A stretch of DNA of 64,000 bases from the human T2T-CHM13v2.0 reference genome, Homo sapiens, in NCBI RefSeq assembly GCF_009914755.1, contig NC_060940.1; one strand, written 5' to 3'. The notes under the pieces are model-generated. The model did no database searches, was not told where the DNA came from, and saw only the letters and a program-made list of their open reading frames with translations. How positions within the stretch are numbered: position 1 is the stretch's first letter; every line of letters begins with the position of its first letter. Of the stretch, positions 26,901 to 42,700 are shown piece by piece. Made by a program: the position numbers and the translations under genes.

Positions 26901-29802
26901 TCCATTCTATTCCATTTGATGATGATTACATTCGATTCCATTTGATGATTCCATCTGATTCTATTCGAGGATTCCATTTGATTCCATTCGATGATGATTC
27001 CATTCGAGTGCATTCGATGATTTCATTCGAGTACATCCAATGATTCCATTTGAGTCCATTTGATGATTCGATTTGATTCCATTTGATTATGATTCTACTA
27101 GAGTCCATTCAATGACTCCATTCGAATCCATTCTACAATTCCATTCGAGGCCATTCGATGATTCCATTTCATGATTCCATTCGAGTCCATTTAATCATTA
27201 CAGTCGAGTCCATTTGGTGATTCCACTGGATTTCTTTTGATAATGATACCATTCAATTACATTTGATGATGATCCCATTCAATTTCATTTGATGGTGATT
27301 CCATTAGAGTCCATTCGATGATTTCATTCGAGTCCCTTCATTGATTCCATCCGATTTCATTGGATGATGACTCCATTCGAGTCCATTCGATGATTCCACT
27401 CGATTCCATTAGATGATTCCATTGGAGTCCATTTGATTGTTCCATTCGATTCTATTCGATTCCTTTCGAAGATTATTCCATTTGAGTCCATTCGATGATG
27501 ATTCCATTCCATTCCATTCGATGATTCCGTTTGATTCCATTCGATGATTCCCTTCGATTCCTTTCTTTGATGATTCCATTCCATTCCATTCAATGATTCC
27601 ATTCGAATCTATTCCATGATGATTCCTTGCGATTCCATTCGCTGATGTTTCCGTTCAATTCCATTCGATGATGATTCCATTCGATTCCATTCATTGAGGA
27701 TTCCATTTGATTCCATTAAATGATGATTCCGTTCTATTCCATTCAATGATTGCATTCAATTCCATTCAATGATTATCCCCTTAGAGTAAACTCAACGATT
27801 CCATTCAATACCACTCGATGATGATTCCTTTTGAGTCCATTCAATGATTTCATTCAAGTCCATTTGATGATTCCTTTCAATTCCATTCTATGATGATTCC
27901 ATTCGAGTCCATTCGATGATTCCATTCAATTGCATTCGATGATTCCATTATATTCCAGTCAACGATGATTCCATTCGAGTCCATTCGATGATTCCATTAG
28001 AGTACATTTAATGATTGCTTTGTTTTCAATTCGAAGATGATTACATTGGATTCCATTCTATGATACCATTCGATTCCATTCAATGATGATTCCACTCAAA
28101 TCCATTGGATGATTCCATTCGTGTCCGTTCGGTGATTTCATTAGATTCCATTCGAGGATGATTCCATTCGATTCCATTCGATGATTCCATTCAATTCCAT
28201 TCGATGATGATTGCATTCCAGTCCATATGATCATTCCATTTGATTTCATTCGATGATGATTCCATTCGATTCCATTCGATGATTCCATTCTATTCCATTC
28301 GATGATGATTCCATTCGAGTCCATTCGATGATTCCATTCGAGTCCATTTAATGATTCCATTGGGTTCAATTCAATGATGATTACATTGGATTCCGTTCTA
28401 TGATTCCATTCAATTCTGTTCATTGACAATTTGATTCCATTCGATGATGATTCCATTTGAGTTCATTCGATGATTCTATTCGATTCTCTTCGATGGTGAT
28501 TCAATTCTATTATATTGGATGATTCCATTCGATTCCATTTGATGTTGATTCAATTCGATTCTATTCGATGATGATTCCATTGGATTTCACTTGATGATTC
28601 TATTCGATTCCATTCAATGATGATTCACTTCTCGTCCATTGGATGATTCCATTTCATTCCATTCGATGATGATTCCATTCGATTCCTTTCGATGATTCCA
28701 TTTGATTCCATGTGACGGTGAGCAATTCGATTCAATTCCATGATGATTCTATTTGATTCAATTAGATGATGTTTCCATTCGAATCCATTACATGATTATT
28801 CCATTGGAATCCATTTGGCGATGATTCCATATGAGTCAATTCAATGATGATTCCATATGGGTCCGTTCGATGATAATTCCATTTGATTTCATTCGATGCT
28901 TCTATTCAATTCCAGTCGATGATGATTCCGTTGGAGTCCATACGATGATTCCATTTGATTTCATTTGATGATGATTCCATTCGATGATGATTACATTGGA
29001 TTCCATTCTATGATTCCATTCAATTCCATTCGTTGATGATTCGATTCCATTCAATGATGATTCCATTTGAGTTCATTCGATGATTCTATTCGATTCCGTT
29101 CGATGGTGATTCAATTCTATTATATTGGATGATTCCACTCGATTCCATTTGATGATTATTCCATTGGAGTCCACTTAGTGAATCCTTTAGATTCTACTCG
29201 ACGATGATTCCATTCGAGTCCATTCGATGATACCATTCAATTCTATTCGTTGATGCTTCCATTCAAGTGCATTCGATGATATCATTCGATTCCATTTGAT
29301 GATAATTCCATTTGATTCCATGCGATGATTCTATTCGATTCCATTCAATGATAATTCCATTCAATACAGTGATTCCTCTGGACTCCATTTGATGATGATT
29401 CCATTCAATGATTCCATTCGATTCCATTCCGAAATGATTCCATTTGAATCCATTTGATGATGATTCCATTAGATTCCATTTGATGATTCCATTCGATTCC
29501 ATTTGACGATGATTCCATTCGATTCCATTTGATGATTCCATTCTATTCTATTCGATGATGATTCCATTCGATTCCATTCGATGATGATTGGATTCGATTC
29601 CATTTGATGATTTCATTTGATTCCATTCGTTAATGATTTCGATCAACTCCATTCGATGATTCCATTTAATTCCATTCGATAATGATTATATCCGAGTCCA
29701 TTCGATGATTCCATTTGAGCCCGTTCGATAATTCCATTTGAGTCCAATCAATGATTCCATTCATTTCCATTCAATGATTCCATTTGAGTCCATTTGATCA
29801 TT
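23950..29802 (+). repeat. Unit 6: long A-type unit, 5853 bp
   Basis: Constant offset 23151 to unit 1 with identical ORF translations. Confidence 0.9.
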
Positions 29803-32800
29803 CCGGTAGGGTCCGTTCGATGTTGATTCCATTGGAGTGCATTCGATGATTCCATTCGAGTCCATTTTATGATTTGATTCGAGTCCTTTCGATGATTCCA
29901 TTCGATTCCACTCGATGATGATTTCATTCGAGTCCATTCGACACTTCCAATCGATTCCATTTGATGTTTCCATTCGAGTCCAATTGATGATTCCATTCAA
30001 TTCCATTCGATGATGATTCCGTACGATTCCATTCTGTGATGATTCCATGTGATTGCATTCAATGATGATTCCTTTCGATTGCATTCGATTATGATTCATT
30101 TCGTGTTCATTCTATGGTTCCACAGGTTTCCATTCGATGACGTTTCCGTTCGTGTCCATTCCATTATTCCATTCTATTTCATTTGATGATGATTTCATTC
30201 GATTCCATTCATTGGTGATTCCACTCAATTCCATTCAATGATTCCATTCCATTTCTTTCAACAATGATTCCATTAGTTTCTATTCGATGATCCACTTGAT
30301 TCCATTTGGCGATGATTCCATTCTTGTCCATTCGATGATTCCGTTTGATTCCATATGATGATGATTCCATTCGATTCCATACGATGATGATTCCATTCGT
30401 GTCCATTCAATGGTGATTCCATTCAATTCCATTCGATGATTCCTTCCGATTCCATTCGATGATGATGGCATTCGATTCCTTTCAATCATTCCCTTTGATT
30501 CCATTCAAAGGTGATTTCATTCACGTCCATTCGATAATTGCATTCGATTCCATTCTATGATGATTCCATTCGAGTCCATTTGATGATTCCATTCAATTCA
30601 AGTCAATGATGATTCCATTCGATTCCACTCGATGATTCCATTGGATTCCATTCGATGATGATTCCATTCAAATCCATTCGATAATTCAATTCAAGTCCAT
30701 TCGATGATGATTCCAATCGAATCCATTCAAAGATTCCATTCAATTCCATTCGATGATGATTCCCTTAGATTCCATTCGATGATTCCACTTGATTCCATTT
30801 AAGATGATTCCATTTGATTCCATGTGATGAATCCATTCAATTCTATTCAATGATGTTTCCATTTGATTCCATTGGACCATGATTGCCTTTGATTCCATTC
30901 AATGATTCCATTCGGTTCCATTTGATGATGATTCCGTTCGATTCCATTTCATTATTCCATTTGATTCCATTGGATGAGTCCATTCGATTACATTCGATGA
31001 TTATTCCATTCGAGTGCATTAGATGATTGCATTCGTGTCCATTCGATGATTCCATTCGATTCCATTCGATGTTGATTCTGTTCAAATCCATTCGATGATT
31101 CCACTCGATTCCATTCGATGACTCCATTTGATCCCTTTCGATGATTTCCTGTGATTCCCTTTGATGATCATTCTATTTGATTCAATTCGGTGATTTCATT
31201 TCATTCCATTCAGTGATGTTTCCATTCGACTGTATTCGATGATGATTCCATTCGACTCCATTCGATTATGATTTCATTCAATTCCATTCCATAATGATTC
31301 CCTTCGAGTCCATTCGATGATTCCATTCGATTCCATTCAACGATGATTTGATTCGTTTCCATTCGATGATTCCATTTGATTCCACTTGATGATGATTCCA
31401 TTCGAGTCCATTTGATGATTCCATTCGAGTTTATTTATGTATTATATTCATGTCCACTTCATGATTCCATTCAATTCCATTTAATGTTGATTCCATTTGA
31501 TTCCATTTGATGATTCAGTTGGATTCCTTGCAATGATTCCCTACGATTCCTTTCTATGATGATTCCATTCGATTCCATTCATTGATGATTTCATTCGACT
31601 CCATTCGATGATGATTCCTTTCGATTCCATTTGACGATGTTTCCATTCGAGTTCATTCGATGATGATTCTATTCAATTCTGTTCTATTATGATTCCATTC
31701 GATTTCATTCAATGCTTCTATTTGATTCCATTCGATGATGATTCCATCTCTTTCCCTTCGATGATTCCATTTGATTCCATTCAGTGATGATTCCATTGGA
31801 TTCCATCTGATGATGATTTCACTTGATTCCTTTCAATGATGATTCAATTCAAGTCCATTCGATGATTCCATTGGAGTCCAAACGATCATTCCGTTCGATT
31901 CCATTCAATGGTGATTCCATTCATGTCCATTCGATGAATCCATTCAATTCCATTCGATGATGACTCCATTCGAGTACATTCGATGATTCCATTTGATTCC
32001 ATTTGAAGATGATTCCATTCAATTCCATTCGAAGATGATTCCATTCAATTCCATTCGATGATGATTCCGTATGAATCCATTCTCTGATTATTCCATTCGA
32101 TTCCATTCATTGACGATTCCATTCAATTCCATTCAATGATGATTCTCTTCTATTCCATTCGATGATTCCGGTCGATTCCATTCGATGATGATTCCATTAG
32201 ATTCCATTCGACTGTTGCATTCGATTCCCTTCGATGATGATTCCTTTGAATTCCATTCGATTATCATTCCGTATGAATCCATTTGATGATTATTCCATTG
32301 GATTCCTTTCGATGATGATTCCATTCGATTCCATTTGATGATGTTTCTCTTGTATTCCATTGGATAATTCCTTTCAGTTCCCTTCGATGATTATTCTTTC
32401 GAGTCAATTCGATGATTCTATTCCATTCCCTTCGATGATGATTCCATTTCACTCCATTTGATGATTCCATTCGACTCAATTTGGTGATGATTCAATTCGA
32501 TGATATTCGATGACTCCATTCAATTTCATTTGATGATGATTACATTCGAGTCCATTTGATGATTGTATTCCTTTCCTTTTGATGATTATTCCATTCGTGT
32601 CTATTCAAAGGTTCCATTCTATTCCATTCAATGATGATTGCATTTGATTCCATTCAATGATTATGGCTATCGATTCCACTCGTTGATTCCATTTGATTCC
32701 GTTCGATGATTATTCTGTTAGATTCCATTAGAAGATTCCATTCGATTTTATTCAATGATTCCAATGGATTCCATTCAATGATGATTCCATTCGACTCCAT

Positions 32801-33932
32801 TCAGTGATTCCATTCGAGTCCATTTGATGATTCCATTCCTTTCCATTTGATGATGATTCCATTAGGGTCCATTCAATGATTCCATTCGAGTCCATTCGTT
32901 AATGCCTTTCGAGTCCTTTTGATCACTACATTCGAGTCCATTCAATGATTCTATTCGATTCCATTCCATGATGATTCCATTCGAGTTCATTCGATGATTG
33001 CATTCGAGTCCATTTGATGATTCCATATGATTCCCTTCGACAATGATTCCATTCGTGTCCATTTGATGATTCCATTCATTTCCTATCGATGAAGATTCCA
33101 TTCAAGTGTATTCGATGATTCCATTCAAATCCATTCGATGATGATTCCATTCCAGTCCATTCGATCATTCCACTTGATTCCATTTGATGACTATTCCATT
33201 CAAATCCATTTGATGATTCCATTCGATTCCATTCGATGTTACCATTCGAGTATATACGATGATTCCACTCGATTCCATTTGATGATTATTCCATTGGAGT
33301 CCACTTAGTGAATCCTTTAGATTCTACTCGAAGATGATTCCATTCGAGTCCATTCGATGATACCATTCAATTCCATTCGTTGATGCTTCCATTCAAGTGC
33401 ATTCGATGATATCATTCGATTCCATTTGATGATAATTCCATTTGATTCCATGCGATGATTCTATTCGATTCCATTCAATGATAATTCCATTCAATTCAGT
33501 GATTCCTCTGGACTCCATTTGATGATGATTCCATTCAATGATTCCATTCGATTCTATTCGAAAATGATTCCATTTGAATCCATTTGATGATGATTCCATT
33601 GGATTCCATTTGATGATTCCATTCGATTCCATTCGATGATGATTCCATTCGATTCCTTTTGATGAATCCATTCTATTGTATTCGATGATGATTCCATTCG
33701 ATTCCATTCGATGATGATTGGATTCGATTCCATTTGATGATTTCATTTGATTCCATTCGATAATGATTTCGATCAATTCCATTCGATGATTCCATTCGAT
33801 TCCATTCGATAATGATTACATCCGAGTCCATTCGATGATTCCATTTGAGCCCGTTCGATAATTCCATTTGAGTCCAATCAATGATTCCATTCATTTCCAT
33901 TCAATGATTCCATTCGAGTCCATTTGATCATT
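29803..33932 (+). repeat. Unit 7: short S-type unit, 4130 bp
   Basis: Constant offset 23151 to unit 2 with identical ORF translations. Confidence 0.9.
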
Positions 33933-36900
33933 CCGGTAGGGTCCGTTCGATGTTGATTCCATTGGAGTGCATTCGATGATTCCATTCGAGTCCATTTTAG
34001 GATTTGATTCGAGTCCTTTCGATGATTCCATTCGATTCCACTCGATGATTTCATTCGAGTCCATTCGACACTTCCAATCGATTCCATTTGATGTTTCCAT
34101 TCGATTCCAATTGATGATTCCATTCAATTCCATTCGATGATGATTCCGTACGATTCCATTCAGTGATGATTCCATGTGATTGCATTCAATGATGATTCCT
34201 TTCGATTGCATTCGATTATGACTCATTTCGTGTTCATTCTATGGTTCCACAGGTTTCCATTCGATGATGTTTCCATTCGTGTCCATTCCATTATTCCATT
34301 ATATTCCATTTGAAGATGATTCCATTCGATTCCATTCATTGGTGATTCCACTCAATTCCATTCAATGATTCCATTCCATTTCTTTCAACAATGATTCCAT
34401 TAGTTTCTATTCGATGATCCACTTGATTCCATTTGACGATGATTCCATTCGTGTCCATTCGATGATTCCATTTGATTCCATATGATGATGATTCCATTCG
34501 ATTCCATACGATGATGATTCCATTCGAGTCCATTCAATGGTGATTCCATTCAATTCCATTCGATGATTCCTTCCGATTCCATTCAATGATGATGGCATTC
34601 GATTCCTTTCGATCATTCCCTTTGATTCCATTCAAAGGTGATTTCATTCAAGTCCATTCGATAATTGCATTCGATTCCATTCTATGATGATTCCATTCGA
34701 GTCCCTTTGATGATTCCATTCAATTCAAGTCAATGATGATTCCATTCGATTCCACTCGATGATTCCATTGGATTCCATTCGATGATGATTCCATTCAAAT
34801 CCATTCGATAATTCAATTCAAGTCCATTCGATGATGATTCCAATCGAATCCATTCAAAGATTCCACTCAATTCCATTCGATGATGATTCCCTTAGATTCC
34901 ATTCGGTGATTCCACTTGATTCCATTTACGATGATTCCATTCGATTCCATGTGATGATTCCATTCAATTCTATTCAATGATGTTTCCACTTGATTCCATT
35001 CGAACATGATTGCCTTTGATTCCATTCAATGATTCCATACGGTTCCATTTGATGATGATTCCATTCGAGTGCATTAGATGATTCCATTCGAGTCCATTCG
35101 ATGATTCCATTCGATTCCATTCGATGTTGATTCTGTTCAAATCCATTCGATGATTCCACTCGATTCCATTCGATGACTCCATTTGATCCCATTCGATGAT
35201 TTCCTTTGATTCCCTTTGATGATCATTCCATTTGATTCAATTCGGTGATTTCATTTGATTCCATTCAGTGATGTTTCCATTCAACTCCTTTCGATGATGA
35301 TTCCATTCGACTCCATTCGATTATGATTTCATTCAATTCCATTCGATAATGATTCCCTTCAAGTCCATTCGATGATTCCATTCGATTCCATTCAACGATG
35401 ATTTGATTCGTGTCCATTCGATGATTCCATTTGATTCCATTTGATGATTATTCCATTCGAGTCCCTTTGATGATTCCATTCAATTCCATTCTCCGATGAT
35501 TTCTTTTGAGCCCATTCAATGCTTCCACTCGATTCCATATGATGATGACTCCATTTGATGAAATTCCATGATGATTCCATTCGCTTGCATTCGATGATGA
35601 TTCCACTTGAGTCCGTTAGAAGATTCTATTCAATTACATTCCATGACGATTCTGTTCGAGTCCATTTGATGATTCCATTAGACTCCATTCGACGATGATT
35701 CCATTCGATGTTATTCGATGATGATTCCATTCAACTCCATTCGATGTTTCCATTCGAGTTCATTCTATTATTCCATTAGATTCCATTCGATGATGATTCC
35801 ATTCGATTCCATTTGATGATTGCATTCTATTTCATTTGATGATGATTCCATTCGAGTCCATTCGATGATTCCATTCGAGTCCATTTAATGAATCCATTGG
35901 TTTCAATTCTATGATGATTACATTGGATTCCATTCGTTGATGATTTCATTCGATTCCATTCAATGATGATTCCATTCAATTCCATTCAATGATTCCATTC
36001 AATTCCATACGATGATGATTCCATTTGATTTGATTCGACAGTGAACCATTCGATTCAATTCCATGATGATTCTATTTGATTCAATTGGTTGACATTTCCA
36101 TTCGATTCCATTCGATGATGATTCCATTTGATTCCATTCAAAGATGATTCCATTCTAGCCCATTCAATCATTCCATTCGATTCTATTCAATGATGATTCC
36201 ATTCATGTCGATTTGGTGATTCCATTTGACTTCATTTGATGATGATTCCTTTCAAGTTCATTAGTTGATTCCATTCGATTCCATTTGATGATGATCCCAT
36301 TCGAGTCCATTCAGTGATTCCACTCGTTTCCATTCCATGATGATTCCATTCCATTCCATTCAATGATTCCATTCGATTCCGTTTGATGATGATTTCATTC
36401 GAGTCCATTTGATGATTCCATTTGATTCCATTCGATGATGATTACATTCGAGTCCATACGATGATTCCACTCAATTCCATATGATGATGATTCCATTCGA
36501 TTCCATTCGATGATTCCATTCTATTCTATTCAATGGTGATTCCATTCGAGTACATTAGATGATTCCATTCGATTCCATTCAATGATGATTCTATTTGTGT
36601 CCCTTAGATGGTTCCACATGATTCCATTTCATGATGATACTATTTGAGCCCATCCAATGATTCCCTTCGATTCCATTCGATGAGGATTCCATTCGATTCA
36701 ATTCATTGGTGATTCTATTCAATTCAATTCTTTGATTCCATTCCATTCCATTCGACAATGATTCCATTCGATTTCTTTCGATGATTCCACTCGATTCCAC
36801 TTGACATTGATTCCATTCGATTCCATTCAATGATTCCGTTTGATTCCAGTGGATGATGATTGCCATCGATTCCATTCGATCACTCCATTCTATTCCACTT

Positions 36901-39785
36901 GATGATGATTACATTCGATTCCATTTGATGATTCCATCTGATTCTATTCGAGGATTCCATTTGATTCCATTCGATGATGATTCCATTCGAGTGCATTCGA
37001 TGATTTCATTCGAGTACATCCAATGATTCCATTTGAGTCCATTTGATGATTCGATTTGATTCCATTTGATTATGATTCTACTAGAGTCCATTCAATGACT
37101 CCATTCGAATCCATTCTACAATTCCATTCGAGGCCATTCGATGATTCCATTTCATGATTCCATTCGAGTCCATTTAATCATTACAGTCGAGTCCATTTGG
37201 TGATTCCACTGGATTTCTTTTGATAATGATACCATTCAATTACATTTGATGATGATCCCATTCAATTTCATTTGATGGTGATTCCATTAGAGTCCATTCG
37301 ATGATTTCATTCGAGTCCCTTCATTGATTCCATCCGATTTCATTGGATGATGACTCCATTCGAGTCCATTCGATGATTCCACTCGATTCCATTAGATGAT
37401 TCCATTGGAGTCCATTTGATTGTTCCATTCGATTCTATTCGATTCCTTTCGAAGATTATTCCATTTGAGTCCATTCGATGATGATTCCATTCCATTCCAT
37501 TCGATGATTCCGTTTGATTCCATTCGATGATTCCCTTCGATTCCTTTCTTTGATGATTCCATTCCATTCCATTCAATGATTCCATTCGAATCTATTCCAT
37601 GATGATTCCTTGCGATTCCATTCGCTGATGTTTCCGTTCAATTCCATTCGATGATGATTCCATTCGATTCCATTCATTGAGGATTCCATTTGATTCCATT
37701 AAATGATGATTCCGTTCTATTCCATTCAATGATTGCATTCAATTCCATTCAATGATTATCCCCTTAGAGTAAACTCAACGATTCCATTCAATACCATTCG
37801 ATGATGATTCCTTTTGAGTCCATTCAATGATTTCATTCAAGTCCATTTGATGATTCCTTTCAATTCCATTCTATGATGATTCCATTCGAGTCCATTCGAT
37901 GATTCCATTCAATTGCATTCGATGATTCCATTATATTCCAGTCAACGATGATTCCATTCGAGTCCATTCGATGATTTCATTAGAGTACATTTAATGATTG
38001 CTTTGTTTTCAATTCGAAGATGATTACATTGGATTCCATTCTATGATACCATTCGATTCCATTCAATGATGATTCCACTCAAATCCATTGGATGATTCCA
38101 TTCGTGTCCGTTCGGTGATTTCATTAGATTCCATTCGAGGATGATTCCATTCGATTCCATTCGATGATTCCATTCAATTCCATTCGATGATGATTGCATT
38201 CCAGTCCATATGATCATTCCATTTGATTTCATTCGATGATGATTCCATTCGATTCCATTCGATGATTCCATTCTATTCAATTCGATGATGATTCCATTCG
38301 AGTCCATTCGATGATTCCATTCGAGTCCATTTAATGATTCCATTGGGTTCAATTCAATGATGATTACATTGGATTCCGTTCTATGATTCCATTCAATTCC
38401 GTTCATTGACAATTTGATTCCATTCGATGATGATTCCATTTGAGTTCATTCGATGATTCTATTCGATTCTCTTCGATGGTGATTCAATTCTATTATATTG
38501 GATGATTCCATTCGATTCCATTTGATGTTGATTCAATTCGATTCTATTCGATGATGATTCCATTGGATTTCACTTGATGATTCTATTCGATTCCATTCAA
38601 TGATGATTCACTTCTCGTCCATTGGATGATTCCATTTCATTCCATTCGATGATGATTCCATTCGATTCCTTTCGATGATTCCATTTGATTCCATGTGACG
38701 GTGAGCAATTCGATTCAATTCCATGATGATTCTATTTGATTCAATTAGATGATGTTTCCATTCGAATCCATTACATGATTATTCCATTGGAATCCATTTG
38801 GCGATGATTCCATATGAGTCAATTCAATGATGATTCCATATGGGTCCGTTCGATGATAATTCCATTTGATTTCATTCGATGCTTCTATTCAATTCCAGTC
38901 GATGATGATTCCGTTGGAGTCCATACGATGATTCCATTTGATTTCATTTGATGATGATTCCATTCGATGATGATTACATTGGATTCCATTCTATGATTCC
39001 ATTCAATTCCATTCGTTGATGATTCGATTCCATTCAATGATGATTCCATTTGAGTTCATTCGATGATTCTATTCGATTCCGTTCGATGGTGATTCAATTC
39101 TCTTATATTGGATGATTCCAGTCGATTCCATTTGATGATTATTCCATTGGAGTCCACTTAGTGAATCCTTTGGATTCTACTCGACGATGATTCCATTCGA
39201 GTCCATTCGATGATACCATTCAATTCCATTCGTTGATGCTTCCATTCAAGTGCATTCGATGATATCATTCGATTCCATTTGATGATAATTCCATTTGATT
39301 CCATGCGATGATTCTATTCGATTCCATTCAATGATAATTCCATTCAATTCAGTGATTCCTCTGGACTCCATTTGATGATGATTCCATTCAATGATTCCAT
39401 TCGATTCTATTCGAAAATGATTCCATTTGAATCCATTTGATGATGATTCCATTAGATTCCATTTGATGATTCCATTCGATTCCATTCGACGATGATTCCA
39501 TTCGATTCCGTTTGATGATTCCATTCTATTCTATTCGATGATGATTCCATTCGATTCCATTCGATGATGATTGGATTCGATTCCATTTGATGATTTCATT
39601 TGATTCCATTCGTTAATGATTTCGATCAATTCCATTCGATGATTCCATTCGATTCCATTCGATAATGATTACATCCGAGTCCATTCGATGATTCCATTGG
39701 AGCCTGTTCGATAATTCCATTTGAGTCCAACCAATGATTCCACTCATTTCCATTCAATGATTCCATTCGAGTCCATTTGATCATT
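33933..39785 (+). repeat. Unit 8: long A-type unit, 5853 bp
   Basis: Constant offset 9983 to unit 6; tail alleles change after ~39100. Confidence 0.88.
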
Positions 39786-42700
39786 CCGGTAGGGTCCATT
39801 CGATGTTGATTCCATTGGAGTGCATTCGATGATTCCATTCGAGTCCATTTTAGGATTTGATTCGAGTCCTTTCGATGATTCCATTCGATTCCACTCGATG
39901 ATGATTTCATTCGAGTCCATTCGACACTTCCAATCGATTCCATTTGATGATTCCATTCGAGTCCAATTGATGATTCCATTCAATTCCATTCGATGATGAT
40001 TCCGTACGATTCCATTCTGTGATGATTCCATGTGATTGCATTCAATGATGATTCCTTTCGATTGCATTCGATTATGATTCATTTCGTGTTCATTCTATGG
40101 TTCCACAGGTTTCCATTCGTGTCCATTCCATTATTCCATTCTATTCCATTTGATGATGATTCCATTCGATTCCATTCATTGGTGATTCCACTCAATTCCA
40201 TTCAATGATTCCATTCCATTTCTTTCAACAATGATTCCATTAGTTTCTAATCGATGATCCACTTGATTCCATTTGACGACGATTCCATTCTTGTCCATTC
40301 GATGATTCCATTTGATTCCATATGATGATGATTCCATTCGATTCCATACCATGATGATTCCATTCGAGTCCATTCAATGGTGATTCCATTCAATTCCATT
40401 CGATGATTCCTTTCGATTCCATTCGATGATGATGGCATTCGATTCCTTTCAATCATTCCCTTTGATTCCATTCTAAGGTGATTTCATTCAAGTCCATTCG
40501 ATAATTGCATTCGATTCCATTCTATGATGATTCCATTCGAGTCCATTTGATGATTCCATTCAAGTCAATGATGATTCCATTCGATTCCATTCGATGATTC
40601 CATTGGATTCCATTCGATGATGATTCCATTCAAATCCATTCGATAATTCAATTCAAGTCCATTCGATGATGATTCCAATCGAATCCATTCAAAGATTCCA
40701 TTCAGTTCCATTCGATGATTCCCTTAGATTCCATTCGATGATTCCACTTGATTCCATTTACGATGATTCCATTCGATTCCATCTGATGATTCCATTCAAT
40801 TCTATTCAATGATGTTTCCATTTGATTCCATTCGACCATGATTGCCTTTGATTCCATTCAATGATTCCATTCGGTTCCTTTTGATGATGATTCCGTTCGA
40901 TTCCATTTGATGATTCCATTTGATTCCATTGGATGAGTCCATTCGATTACATTCGATGATTATTCCATTCGAGTGCATTAGATGATTCCATTCGAGTCCA
41001 TTCGATGATTCCATTCGATTCCATTCGATGTTGATTCTGTTCAAATCCATTCGATGATTCCACTCGATTCCATTCGATGACTCCAGTTGATCCCATTCGA
41101 TGATTTCCTTTGATTCCCTTTGATGATCATTCCATTTGATTCAATTCGGTGATTTCATTTGATTCCATTCAGTGACGTTTCCATTCCACTCCATTCGATG
41201 ATGATTCCATTCGTCTCCATTCGATTATGATTTCATTCAATTCCATTCGATAATGATTCCCTTCGAGTCCATTCGATGATTCCATTCGATTCCATTCAAC
41301 GATGATTTGATTCGTGTCCATTCGATGATTCCATTTGATTCCACTTGATGATGATTCCATTCGAGTCCATTTGATGATTCCATTCAATTCCATTCTCCGA
41401 TGATTTCTTTTGAGCCCACTCAATGCTTCCACTCGATTCCATATGATGATGACTCCATTCGATGAAATTCGATGATGATTCCATTCGCTTGCGTTCGATG
41501 ATGATTCCACTTGAGTCCGTTAGAAGATTCTATTCAGTTACATTCCATGACGATTCCGTTCGAGTCCATTTGATGATTCCATTAGACTCCATTCGACGAT
41601 GATTCCATTCGATGTTATTCGATGATTCCATTCGATCTCATTCGATGATGATTCCATTCAACTCCATTCGATGTTTCCATTCGAGTTCATTCTATTATTC
41701 CATTAGATTCCATTCGATGATGATTCCATTCGATTCCATTTGATGATTGCATTCTATTTCATTTAATGATGATTCCATTCGAGTCCACTCGATGATTCCA
41801 TTCGAGTCCATTTAATGAATCCATTGGTTTCAATTCTGTGATGATTACTTTGGATTCCATTCGTTGATGATTTCATTCGGTTCCATTCAATGATGATTCC
41901 ATTCAATTCCTTTCAATGTTTCCATTCAATTCCATACGATGATGATTCCATTTGATTTGATTCGACAGTGAGCCATTCGATTCAATTCCATGATGATTCT
42001 ATTTGATTCAATTGGTTGACATTTCCATTCGATTCCATTCGATGATGATTCCCTTTGATTCCATTCAAAGATGATTCCATTCTAGCCCATTCAATCATTC
42101 CATTCGATTCTATTCAATGATGATTCCATTCATGTCGATTTGGTGATTCCATTTGACTTCATTTGATGATGATTCCTTTCAAGTTCATTAGATGATTCTA
42201 TTCGATTCCATTTGATGATGATCCCATTCGAGTCCATTCAGTGATTCCATTCGTTTCCATTCCATGATGATTCCATTCCATTCCATTCAATGATTCCATT
42301 CGATTCCGTTTGATGATGATTTCATTCGAGTCCATTTGATGATTCCATTTGATTCCATTCGATGATGATTCCATTCGAGTCCATTCGATGATTCTACTCG
42401 AATCCACTTCATGATTTCTTTTCATTATAGTTGGTGATGATTCCATTGGAGTCCATTCAATGATTCCATTCGATTCCAATCGATGGTGATTCCATTAGAG
42501 TCCATTTAATGATTCCATTTGATTCCAGTCTCTGATGATTACATTCGAGTCCATACGATGATTCCACTCAATTCCGTATGATGATGATTCCATTCGATTC
42601 CATTCGATGATTCCATTCTATTCTATTCAATGGTGATTCCATTCGAGTACATTAGATGATTCCATTCGATTCCATTCAATGATGATTCTATTTGTGTCCC

